DNA of 24,000 bases from Candidatus Aenigmatarchaeota archaeon (GCA_016180925.1 JACPAH010000020.1:4620-28619), one strand, 5' to 3'; shown: positions 8,586 to 16,354, counted from the first letter of the stretch. A program made the numbers and translations. Notes: generated by a model not told the origin, from the letters alone.

Positions 8586-9695
8586 TCAAAGCCCGGCTTC
8601 TCTCCTCAGCTTTTCGGCCATGTCAGTCTTTTCCCATGTGAAGTCTGGGTCGTTCCTTCCGAAGTGCCCGTAAGCGGCCGTTTTCTTGTATATCGGTCTT
8701 CTGAGATTGAGGCGGGAGATTATCCTCGCCGGCCTCAGGTCAAAATTCTTTTTCACTGCGTCTTCTATCTTCTCTTCCGCGACTTTGGCCGTGCCGAACG
8801 TGTTCACAAGCACCGATACGGGCTCCGCGACGCCTATCGCATACGCCACTTGGACTTCACACCTGTCCGCCAGGCCTGCGGCGACGATGTTCTTTGCTAT
8901 ATATCTTGCCATATATGAAGCAGACCTGTCAACCTTGCTTGGGTCTTTTCCTGAATATGCGCCGCCTCCATGAGAACCCTGCCCTCCGTATGTGTCCACT
9001 ATTATCTTCCTTCCTGTGAGTCCCGAGTCGCCCGGCGGCCCGCCTATGACAAACCTGCCGGTAGGGTTTATGTGGTATATCGTGTTTTCATCTATCCACT
9101 TGCCGCATACAGGCTTTATTATTCTTTCAATTATGTCGCGCTTTATTTCCTCATGCTGCACATTAGGGTCGTGCTGCGTTGATATGACGACGGTATGGAC
9201 TCTTTTCGGGACATCGTTTTCGTATTCCACGGTCACCTGGGATTTCCCGTCCGGACGGAGCCACCATATCTCTTTTTTCTTTCTGGATTCGGCCAGCTTC
9301 TGCGTGAGCTTGTGCGCAAGGCTTATCGGAAGGGGCATCAGCTCCGGGGTTTCGTTGGTTGCGTAGCCGAACATCAATCCCTGGTCTCCTGCCCCCTGCT
9401 CCCTCTCGGAAGTTTCCGTGACGCCCTGCGATATGTCTGGGCTTTGCTCATGGAGCGATACCAGAACGGAGCAATTATCGCAGTCGAACCCGTATTTTGG
9501 GTCGTCATAACCTATGTCCTTTACTACACCCCTCACGACTTTTTGGACATCCGCGTAAGCTTTTGTCGTGACTTCTCCCGCCACAACTATGAGGCCGGTG
9601 GTCGTCAGAGTTTCAACGGCGACTCTTGAATTGGGGTCTTTTGATATGAACTCGTCAAGAAGTGCATCTGATATCTGGTCACACAATATAGACAT
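8586..9695 (-). CDS. metK: S-adenosylmethionine synthetase, bacterial/eukaryotic type; as called it lacks the conserved N-terminal GHPDK segment
   Basis: [44 protein letters not shown] and the C-terminal YGHFGR motifs are present. The conserved N-terminus is encoded upstream at 9770-9714, separated by a 30-nt stop-containing insert. Confidence 0.85.
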   Translation of the reverse strand: MSILCDQISDALLDEFISKDPNSRVAVETLTTTGLIVVAGEVTTKAYADVQKVVRGVVKDIGYDDPKYGFDCDNCSVLVSLHEQSPDISQGVTETSEREQGAGDQGLMFGYATNETPELMPLPISLAHKLTQKLAESRKKKEIWWLRPDGKSQVTVEYENDVPKRVHTVVISTQHDPNVQHEEIKRDIIERIIKPVCGKWIDENTIYHINPTGRFVIGGPPGDSGLTGRKIIVDTYGGQGSHGGGAYSGKDPSKVDRSASYMARYIAKNIVAAGLADRCEVQVAYAIGVAEPVSVLVNTFGTAKVAEEKIEDAVKKNFDLRPARIISRLNLRRPIYKKTAAYGHFGRNDPDFTWEKTDMAEKLRREAGL

Positions 9696-9770
9696 CTAAG
9701 AGTGTTACTCAAAGATTTTGTCTGGGTGGCCCTCAGTCACGGACTCTGAAGTGAAAAGATATCTTTTCAT
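9684..9770 (-). other. displaced metK 5' segment (9770-9714, MKRYLFTSESVTEGHPDKI) plus in-frame 30-nt insert (9713-9684) carrying TAA and TAG
   Basis: I translated the minus strand directly. The order is ATG 9770, GHPDKI ending at 9714, then TTT GAG TAA CAC TCT TAG ATG TCT ATA TTG, then TGT GAC CAG (CDQ) from 9683. Confidence 0.85.
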
Positions 9771-9828
9771 TCGATCATCTCCTTCCATTTAATTTCTTAC
9801 AAAATATTTAAACAGATTATAGAAAGGC

Positions 9829-10506
9829 TTAGTATCCTGTGAATTTTTCGCGCTTTATGCGGTTTTCTTCAATGTCTATATCCTTGAGAATCTGCACCGT
9901 CCCGTCCACCATAGCCGGCGGGCCGCAGACGTAAAAAACCGGCTGCCTTTTGAGGAATTCTCTTATCATATTTTCGTCAATACGTCCCTTCCTTCCGCTC
10001 CACTGGAGGCCTTCGGCTCTTGTTACCGTGTGGATAACCCTGAGATTTTTGTTTTCCTTTTGCAGTTCCTCAAGCTCTTTCCTGAAGGCTATGTCTTCCG
10101 GCGTCCTACTGGAGTAAAGGAGCGTTATCTTTGCAGGCAGTTTCTTTGCCGTTGCATATTTTATCATGGACATGAAAGGCGTCACGCCTATCCCGCCTGC
10201 CAGCATTACAGCATCCCTGTTCTCGTCAAGCAGGAAGACTCCGTACGGGCCCTTAATCTCGAAACTGTCGCCTATGGCGGCTGCATCCAGCGCCCTTTTG
10301 TAGTCGCTGTCTGTCATCTTCATAGTCAGGTCCATGTAATCCTTTTCAGTCGGCGAGGAGCATACGCTGAACGCCTCAGATTTCTCCCCGACTTTCAGCA
10401 TGACGAACTGGCCGGGCCTGAAGTCCATGCTGCCAGCGAAGCGGAAAGTCTTTATGTCGTGTGTTTCCTCTTTCTTTCTTGTGAGGACAGATATCATTGT
10501 TTGCAT
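9829..10506 (-). CDS. ferredoxin-NADP reductase family FAD/NAD(P)-binding oxidoreductase (PyrK-like, without a C-terminal Fe-S cysteine cluster)
   Basis: FRPGQFVMLK is a beta-barrel FAD-domain motif, MLAGGIGVTPFMSM an NAD(P)-binding motif, and VCGPPAMV lies near the C-terminus. Confidence 0.8.
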   Translation of the reverse strand: MQTMISVLTRKKEETHDIKTFRFAGSMDFRPGQFVMLKVGEKSEAFSVCSSPTEKDYMDLTMKMTDSDYKRALDAAAIGDSFEIKGPYGVFLLDENRDAVMLAGGIGVTPFMSMIKYATAKKLPAKITLLYSSRTPEDIAFRKELEELQKENKNLRVIHTVTRAEGLQWSGRKGRIDENMIREFLKRQPVFYVCGPPAMVDGTVQILKDIDIEENRIKREKFTGY

Positions 10507-10540
10507 ACTTTCAACTTACGGCAAATCTTTTTAATGTGAT

Positions 10541-10846
10541 ATGGTAAATCTGAATATGGCCAAGCGCGCTGAGATAGAAAAGACCCTGAAAATATTGAAA
10601 AGGGAGTCGCATAAATTCAATAATGCCGCCCTGACGGAGATAGGCCGCGAGACTCATGACGCTTTTCAGGTCCTCGTGTCGTGCATCATGAGCCTGCGCA
10701 CGCGCGATACCGTGACATACCCGACCGCGAAAAAGCTTTTTTCCACCGCCAAGACGCCGAAGCAGATAGCAAATATGCCCCTCCGCCGGCTTGAGGGCAT
10801 AATAAGGCCAGTGAACTTCTACAGAACTAAAATTTGTACCCATTAA
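10541..10846 (+). pseudogene. nth: 5' fragment of the host endonuclease III (nth); homology ends at FYRTK (10831), followed by 5 junk codons and TAA
   Basis: VLVSCIMSLRTRD...AKTPKQI...PVNFYRTK aligns with the N-terminal third of endonuclease III and with the island-encoded copy. Base composition switches to AT-rich at about 10830. Confidence 0.85.
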
Positions 10847-10954
10847 CTTTAACAAAAAGTTGTTTTTCTATATATAAAGCCATTATTATGGTACTAAATA
10901 TATTTTGTTTCAACTTCTTTTTGATTTTAAGAAATCTAAGAGCTAATTAACTAT

Positions 10955-11107
10955 ATGACCATATTTGACGGAAACGAAGAAATACCTGAGATTTGCCATT
11001 TTTGTGGTGAATTTGAGCAAAAGGTAGATTTAGCCACGTTGAACATGAAGATTTGGGGATGTGTTAATTCCAATTGTATATTGAATAAAACACCTGAATC
11101 AATGTGA
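10955..11107 (+). CDS. 50-aa zinc-ribbon protein (island)
   Basis: MTIFDGNEEIPEICHFCGEF...WGCVNSNCILNKTPESM has CxxC ... CxxxxC. It is below the ORF-track size cutoff, so I translated it by hand. Confidence 0.4.
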   Translation: MTIFDGNEEIPEICHFCGEFEQKVDLATLNMKIWGCVNSNCILNKTPESM

Positions 11108-11139
11108 GATAGGTGTTCATAATGCAATGAGGTATCGAA

Positions 11140-11352
11140 ATGAAAGATGAACTATCTAAACTGAATAATAAATTAAAAAAAAGATTCAAAAGAGAGGGCA
11201 TTACAGACCAGCAGGTTTCTGACGTCTATAATAGAAAAAGATGCGAAAAATGTCTAGGTAGAATTGATATTAAGACACAAAGAAAAGGCATGAATATTTG
11301 TAAATGCAAGACAAGAATGGTCGATGTGGAAGAAGAAGTTATAGAAGATTGA
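11140..11352 (+). CDS. 70-aa basic protein with a Cys4 motif (island)
   Basis: CEKC ... CKC in a Lys/Arg-rich context, with an acidic tail VDVEEEVIED. Confidence 0.45.
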   Translation: MKDELSKLNNKLKKRFKREGITDQQVSDVYNRKRCEKCLGRIDIKTQRKGMNICKCKTRMVDVEEEVIED

Positions 11353-11407
11353 TAATCGACTTTTTACAATAAAAAATAATATATTCAGAGTGCAATGAAG
11401 TGAAAAA

Positions 11408-11812
11408 ATGAAGAAAAACTCGACAGAAAGAAAGGCTATTGAAATTGTTAAAAAATTTGAACAGGAAAGAACGAATGAGATACCAGAAGAAATGCCAAAT
11501 GGACACGGCTATGACATAAAATCTGGAAATAGATTTATTGAAGTAAAAGGTACATATGGAGGTTTAGATAAGGTATGGGTTGTTTTACATCATACGTTTT
11601 TCAAGAAAATGTGGAATAGTGGAAGAAATTATTATATTTATTTCGTCTATAATTTAAATGACAAACCAAAAATGAAAATAATTAATCCAGAGAAAATATT
11701 TCCTAACTTGGAAATAGAACCTAAATACATTCTTCGTGGAAAAATCATAAGGGATAAAGAAATAGACGAAATCGATGTTTCTAAATTTTACACAGATTCT
11801 TCAGAAATATAA
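11408..11812 (+). CDS. PD-(D/E)xK nuclease-fold protein, DUF3883-like (island)
   Basis: GYDIKSGNRFIEVKGT matches the D...(E/Q)xK core as arranged in DUF3883/restriction-endonuclease-like domains, and an upstream acidic residue lies in the KKFEQER helix. Confidence 0.55.
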   Translation: MKKNSTERKAIEIVKKFEQERTNEIPEEMPNGHGYDIKSGNRFIEVKGTYGGLDKVWVVLHHTFFKKMWNSGRNYYIYFVYNLNDKPKMKIINPEKIFPNLEIEPKYILRGKIIRDKEIDEIDVSKFYTDSSEI

Positions 11813-11853
11813 ATTTTTGCCTGCATTGATGATATCATTATCAAGTACGGTGT

Positions 11854-12546
11854 TTATTTCTTCTTTATAGTAGGAATTTGATTGGTAAACTGCGAAGTAA
11901 CAACCTCATCATAATACTTACAATACTTTGTCACAGGACACTCCCAACAATGAGGTTTTACAGGCTTGCATATATTCTGTCCAAAGGTCACGAAAGTATC
12001 GTTAAAATCAGCCCAAAACCGTTTAGGTATAAGCTTTCTAAGTTCTTGTTCAGTTTGTTCTGGAGTCTTTGTTTCTATCCATCCTAATCTATTGGGTATC
12101 CTATGGCAGTGAATATCTATAGGCATACCTTCTTTACGATAGCCATAAACAAGGACGATATTAGCGGTTTTTCTGCCTACACCCTTTAATTTGAGCAATT
12201 CTTCCATAGTGTCCGGTACTTTGCCTTTATACTGCTCTAAAATGACCTTACTAATGTCCTTTATACGTCGTGCCTTAACCCGATAAAATCCGACAGGGAA
12301 TATGGCTTTCTCTATGCTTTTTACATTCAGCTTAACCATTTGTTGAGGTGTTTTGGCTAATTGGAATAGCCTATAGGAGGCTTTCTTAGTCGTTTCATCC
12401 CTTGTGCGTAAACTGAGCAAACAACTGATTAGGACTTCATAAGGGCTCTGGTTTTTATGACTTACTTGGGTAATTAGAGGTTCCTCAAATTTAGATACCA
12501 TTTTCTTGATAAGAGAAATGACAACAGGGATATGTTTTTTTCTCAT
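11854..12546 (-). CDS. nth: endonuclease III (HhH-GPD DNA glycosylase/AP lyase), complete, island-encoded
   Basis: SLRTRD is present. The HhH motif LLKLKGVGRKTANIVL includes the catalytic Lys, and IDIHCHRIPNRLG includes the catalytic Asp. The 4Fe-4S cluster loop CKPVKPHCWECPVTKYC is C-x6-C-x2-C-x5-C. Confidence 0.9.
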   Translation of the reverse strand: MRKKHIPVVISLIKKMVSKFEEPLITQVSHKNQSPYEVLISCLLSLRTRDETTKKASYRLFQLAKTPQQMVKLNVKSIEKAIFPVGFYRVKARRIKDISKVILEQYKGKVPDTMEELLKLKGVGRKTANIVLVYGYRKEGMPIDIHCHRIPNRLGWIETKTPEQTEQELRKLIPKRFWADFNDTFVTFGQNICKPVKPHCWECPVTKYCKYYDEVVTSQFTNQIPTIKKK

Positions 12547-12547
12547 G

Positions 12548-13537
12548 TTAAGACCTAGTTATTAAACTGCTTAATTTTTGCCTCTTTTCGGACGATGTAA
12601 AATTTATATGCTTTTGAAATTTAATGAAGTTTTCATAACCATAAATACCAAAATAAAACCTGTTTTTATTTCTTTTAATATATTTTCTGATGGGTGCAGC
12701 TTTAATGCCAAAATTTGATAATAGTTTTCTAATAGATTCTAAAATATCAGGATTATCTTGATATAATCTTATATGCCGAGATTTTATATCAACAGAAGAT
12801 TCATCATCATAAATTGCTCTAATCAATCCTGATTTAAATTCAAGTGATAAATCAAAAACTATGTCAGGAATATTTTTTCTTTTATTGTTAATGAATTTCC
12901 CGAAAATAAAAAATAATAAAATACCGGTAGATTTTGGATAAAATAATACGATATTTGCTTTACCTTTTATTTCGTCTAGATTTTCAATACGTTTTAACCA
13001 TGAAGATTTTTCTTCAAATTTCTTCTCTTTTTGCACCCATATTCTAGGTTTCACATTAAATAAATAATTCATGCTCTGAGAAAATTCATTTAATAGTTCT
13101 TTATTGCTATTTGAATAGGCGGGTTGTGATAATTTAGAATTTATCCATCCATCTCCTATAATATGACCTAATACTAATCCTAAATTTATGTCATCTTTAA
13201 TTGGAAAATTTGGTTTGATAAATTTTGTGAATCCCAACCCAAAAGATTTAATGGAAATTAAATTGTTTTCAACATCAATCCAACTATAGGATTTACTATT
13301 TTCTATAATAATTTTCAGTTTCGACATAGGCATATTACGACTTGAATAATACCATTGCTTTATCCCTATAGATTGGTTAAATTTTTTACTAAATATCATG
13401 TTAAGTTTTTCGGCTAAAATAGTATCTCTATGAGGATATTTTTCATTTGAAGCCGAATGTAGTAACTTCTTTATAAAATCTTTATTCAGACTCAAGTAAA
13501 AATCATTACTTTGTAAATTCTCCAATTGAATTTTCAT
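12548..13537 (-). CDS. double-motif LAGLIDADG homing endonuclease
   Basis: There are two LAGLIDADG-type motifs, LGLVLGHIIGDGW and GLIRAIYDDESSV, about 100 aa apart. The protein is AT-rich and Lys/Asn/Ile-rich. Its stop abuts the nth' start (TAAcATG at 12550-12544). Confidence 0.8.
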   Translation of the reverse strand: MKIQLENLQSNDFYLSLNKDFIKKLLHSASNEKYPHRDTILAEKLNMIFSKKFNQSIGIKQWYYSSRNMPMSKLKIIIENSKSYSWIDVENNLISIKSFGLGFTKFIKPNFPIKDDINLGLVLGHIIGDGWINSKLSQPAYSNSNKELLNEFSQSMNYLFNVKPRIWVQKEKKFEEKSSWLKRIENLDEIKGKANIVLFYPKSTGILLFFIFGKFINNKRKNIPDIVFDLSLEFKSGLIRAIYDDESSVDIKSRHIRLYQDNPDILESIRKLLSNFGIKAAPIRKYIKRNKNRFYFGIYGYENFIKFQKHINFTSSEKRQKLSSLITRS

Positions 13538-13615
13538 ATTTTTTAATAAATCACAAACTACTTAAATTTAACTCATGTCCAACGAATACTAAATATATTG
13601 TAACCTAAAATATAG

Positions 13616-13783
13616 ATGAAGCGCGTCGTGCCGAAGCGCTACTGGAGGGACATCAACGACATATTTGTGCGATTTGGCCAGAGCATATGCCTGCCGCGAA
13701 ACCCGAAATGCAATGCATGTCCTGTTAATAAATACTGCGTGTATTACAGGAACGAATATAAGCCGCCAGCTCCAAAGAAATAG
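13616..13783 (+). pseudogene. nth: 3' fragment of the host endonuclease III (Fe-S cluster loop)
   Basis: Hand translation gives MKRVVPKRYWRDINDIFVRFGQSICLPRNPKCNACPVNKYCVYYRNEYKPPAPKK. It aligns with KLIPKRFWADFNDTFVTFGQNICKPVKPHCWECPVTKYC of the island copy. It is GC-rich like the 5' fragment. Confidence 0.85.
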
Positions 13784-13784
13784 G

Positions 13785-13973
13785 ATGAAAGACCTCGCGA
13801 AATACTACAGGCTTCTATCTATTCTGATACCGCTGTATATTGCCATAGGATTCGTGGCTGAAAGGAACGCAGTGTTCAATTATTTCAACGCCGGGCTAGC
13901 TGTTTTTTGGGTGATAATGGTTTTTGCGTGGTTCAAGTTTAGGAAATCGGCGCGAACTTTCAGGAAAAAGTAA
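13785..13973 (+). CDS. 62-aa two-helix membrane protein
   Basis: MKDLAKYYRLLSILIPLYIAIGFVAERNAVFNYFNAGLAVFWVIMVFAWFKFRK. The longer 13665 start in the ORF track would overlap the nth 3' fragment in another frame. Confidence 0.5.
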   Translation: MKDLAKYYRLLSILIPLYIAIGFVAERNAVFNYFNAGLAVFWVIMVFAWFKFRKSARTFRKK

Positions 13974-14029
13974 AAGATTTCTTTAAATATAGGCTACGAT
14001 ATATATATCTCTACGCTATTTTAAGGAAA

Positions 14030-14188
14030 TTGGCGGATTGGTGTATTCTCTTGGCAAGAAAGAAAAAAAGCAAGTATAAGAAGCAGTTCATCGAGGTCTG
14101 GAAATGCAAGGGCTGCAGCTTCGAATGGTCATACAAGACCTTCAGATGCCCCCTGTGCTCAACGGCTGAGATGTTGAAAATTGTCTGA
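14030..14188 (+). CDS. 52-aa basic zinc-ribbon protein (TTG start tentative)
   Basis: Hand translation gives ...LARKKKSKYKKQFIEVWKCKGCSFEWSYKTFRCPLCSTAEMLKIV with CxxC...CxxC. A TATA-like ATATATATAT lies about 25 nt upstream. Confidence 0.4.
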   Translation: MADWCILLARKKKSKYKKQFIEVWKCKGCSFEWSYKTFRCPLCSTAEMLKIV

Positions 14189-14208
14189 GATTTTTTATTT
14201 TTTGTTTC

Positions 14209-14220
14209 TATTTATATTTT
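14209..14220 (+). promoter_or_regulatory. TATA-box-like element for pyrG (near-leaderless)
   Basis: TATTTATATTTT is centred about 25 nt upstream of the GTG at 14239. Confidence 0.4.
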
Positions 14221-14238
14221 CCTTCCATATTGTAAATC

Positions 14239-15951
14239 GTGAAGCTCATAGTTGTTTCAGGCGGCGTGATATCCGGCGTGGGCAAAGGCATCGCCACCGC
14301 TTCCATCGGCAAGATTCTCCAGGAATACGGTTTCTCCGTTACCGCCGTGAAAATAGACCCGTATCTCAATTATGACGCCGGCACCCTGAGGCCAACGGAG
14401 CACGGCGAGGTATGGGTGACCGACGACGGCGGAGAGATAGACCAGGACCTCGGGAACTATGAGCGCTTCCTAGGCTTCCAGATTTCGCGGCGCAACAACA
14501 TCACGACCGGCCAGGTATACAAGGAGATAATAGACAAGGAGAGGCGCGGCGAATTCCTCGGGCAGACGATATCGCCGTTTCCTTTCATACCCAACGAGAT
14601 AAAATCGCGCGTGAAGGAATGCGCCAGGCGCCCGGACGGCGGCGAATACGACTTTGTGATAGTCGAGATAGGGGGCACCATAGGCGATTACGAAAACGCG
14701 CCTTTCCTGTTCGCAATGAAGAGCTTCGAGATAGAGCTCGGGAAGGACAGCGTGACGAACATGCTCGTCTCCTATTTGCCGGTGCCGCCCAACGTCGGCG
14801 AAATGAAGACGAAGCCGACCCAGCAGGCCATACGCATGCTGAACGAGCACGGCATATTTCCGGATTTCGTGCTTTGCAGGAGCACGGAGCCCCTTGACGA
14901 CGTGCGCAAGAAGAAGATAGAGACTTATGCCAACATACCCAGCGACCACATAATATCGGCGCCGGACATAAAGAGCGTCTACCGCGTGCCGCTGAACTTC
15001 GAGTCCCAGAACCTGGGCTACAAGCTGATGAAGCTCATGAACGTGATGCCCAGGGCCACGCCTGACTGGTCAAAATGGAAGGAGCTTGTCGAGAACATCG
15101 AGAATCCCTCGAGGAGTGTGAAGGTGGCAATGGTCGGCAAGTACGTGTCGACCGGGAACTTCAATCTTTCGGATTCGTACATATCCATAAACAGCGCCCT
15201 CTCGCATGCCGGCGCGAACCTCGGCGTCGGCATCGACATAGACTGGATAGACTCGGGAAAATTCGATAATGGCGGTTCTGACGTGCTTGATGGATATGAC
15301 GGGGTGATAATACCGGGAGGCTTCGGCGGCAGCGGCGTTGAAGGGAAGATAAATTCCATAAGGCATGCACGGGAGAACGGCACGCCTTTCCTCGGCCTCT
15401 GCTACGGGATGCAGCTTGCCATAATAGAATTTGCGAGAAACGTCTGCGGCATGGAAGGCGCCCACACGACCGAAGTCGACCCGCAGGCCAGGTATCCTGT
15501 TATAGACGTCCTGCCCTCCCAGAAGGCGATACTGAAAAACAAGGAATACGGCGGCACGATGAGGCTGGGGGCATACGCGGCCGTCCTGGAAAAATCGAAA
15601 GTCCTTGACGCTTATTCCTCCGGGAGGATGAAAACCGACATGAAAATAGCTGGACTCATAAGGAAGAGTTCACCATTCAGGCTTGGTATCCTGAATGAAG
15701 GCGAGCCTTTCGTTTTAGAGCGTCACCGCCACAGATATGAGGTCGCTCCGAAGTTCATAGATGCCCTGAAGAAGGGCGGCCTTGTCTTCCCTGGATTCCA
15801 CAGGCGCGACGACGGCGCGAACCTTATGGAGTTCATCGAGCTTCCTGAGCACCCTTTCTTCGTTGCAACGCAGGCGCATCCGGAATTCAAGTCGCGCCTC
15901 GACGACACTGCCCCGCTTTTCCTTGAATTTGTCAGGGCGTGCGTTGATTAA
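14239..15951 (+). CDS. pyrG: CTP synthase
   Basis: The N-terminus VVSGGVISGVGKGI is present. The glutaminase domain has GIIIPGGFGGSG-like VIIPGGFGGSGVEGK, the nucleophile motif GLCYGMQ, and HRHRYEV. Confidence 0.95.
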   Translation: MKLIVVSGGVISGVGKGIATASIGKILQEYGFSVTAVKIDPYLNYDAGTLRPTEHGEVWVTDDGGEIDQDLGNYERFLGFQISRRNNITTGQVYKEIIDKERRGEFLGQTISPFPFIPNEIKSRVKECARRPDGGEYDFVIVEIGGTIGDYENAPFLFAMKSFEIELGKDSVTNMLVSYLPVPPNVGEMKTKPTQQAIRMLNEHGIFPDFVLCRSTEPLDDVRKKKIETYANIPSDHIISAPDIKSVYRVPLNFESQNLGYKLMKLMNVMPRATPDWSKWKELVENIENPSRSVKVAMVGKYVSTGNFNLSDSYISINSALSHAGANLGVGIDIDWIDSGKFDNGGSDVLDGYDGVIIPGGFGGSGVEGKINSIRHARENGTPFLGLCYGMQLAIIEFARNVCGMEGAHTTEVDPQARYPVIDVLPSQKAILKNKEYGGTMRLGAYAAVLEKSKVLDAYSSGRMKTDMKIAGLIRKSSPFRLGILNEGEPFVLERHRHRYEVAPKFIDALKKGGLVFPGFHRRDDGANLMEFIELPEHPFFVATQAHPEFKSRLDDTAPLFLEFVRACVD

Positions 15952-16354
15952 TAATTCCTGTATTTCTTCTGGAGAATCTTTCGTGGACAGGCCCTGCAAC
16001 GTATTCCAGGAAAGCGCCTAGCGTTATGCCGAGCGCTGCAGGGCCGAATGTATGGAATATGTTGTCGGCTTCGCCTGCCTGAAGCCTGTATTCTGTCATT
16101 GCCGGCCCGGCGACTTCCATCCCCCTTCCGACATGGACAAGAGGTGACCTTCTGCCTTCTCCTGCGTACTTGGCGGCATTCCATGCAGCAAGACCAGCTG
16201 ACATGACGCCCATCCCTTCGTCAACCTGTTCCGGTCCTGTAAAATTGCCGTCATACATGAGTCTTGCAGCAGTTTCAGCCGGTCCAAGAAGTATTCCTGA
16301 TGCCCCCAGTTTGTCAAGCCAATATTGGGCATTTGACATAGTTATCACTGCCAT
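15932..16354 (-). CDS. hypothetical 140-aa protein
   Basis: Non-repetitive ORF. Its start overlaps the stop of the upstream Zn-ribbon ORF (ATGGCAGTGA). Its 3' end overlaps convergent pyrG by 20 nt. No family recognised. Confidence 0.45.
   Translation of the reverse strand: MAVITMSNAQYWLDKLGASGILLGPAETAARLMYDGNFTGPEQVDEGMGVMSAGLAAWNAAKYAGEGRRSPLVHVGRGMEVAGPAMTEYRLQAGEADNIFHTFGPAALGITLGAFLEYVAGPVHERFSRRNTGIINQRTP

Larger units (their letters stand above)
10832..13615. mobile_element. 2.8-kb AT-rich island replacing the core of host nth; carries nth', a LAGLIDADG endonuclease, a PD-(D/E)xK-like protein and two Zn-ribbon ORFs
   Basis: Composition changes abruptly at both ends. Both flanks are collinear, same-strand pieces of one gene. 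CTAAAAT occurs at both junctions (10827-10833, 13605-13611), and TACTAAATATATT occurs just inside both ends (10892-10904, 13587-13599). Confidence 0.8.

Noticed and set aside
9684-9723. BHB intron explanation for the 30-nt metK insert
   Set aside because: I tested every register in which two 3-nt bulges 30 nt apart would each be followed by complementary 4-nt helices. The only complementary pair (AGAC/GTCT) gives cut sites that would destroy GHPDK and the frame. The local hairpin has a single AAA bulge and a symmetric tt/tt loop, which is not a staggered BHB.
9684-9723. T4 gene 60-style translational bypass of the metK insert
   Set aside because: No matched take-off and landing codon pair restores GHPDK-xx-DQISD. 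The only matched pair, GAC...GAC, would delete three conserved residues, and the first stop is three codons after the last conserved codon rather than adjacent to a take-off site. I cannot exclude it experimentally, but the sequence does not support it.
10511-10855. 114-aa minus-strand ORF over the nth 5' fragment, and 169-aa plus-strand ORF 10030-10539 over the FNR-like gene
   Set aside because: They are antisense to ORFs with clear family motifs, and their products are not recognisable.
10832-13615. The AT-rich island as a metagenome assembly chimera
   Set aside because: Both flanks are collinear, same-strand fragments of one host gene with matching composition. A chimeric join through nth homology would instead break inside the island's own nth gene and in the same orientation. 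Read-level confirmation is still needed.
13665-13784. 5' extension of the small membrane protein ORF (track start 13665)
   Set aside because: The extension overlaps the nth 3' fragment in another frame and encodes a Cys/Arg-rich stretch. The ATG at 13785, right after the nth stop, gives a clean two-helix membrane protein.
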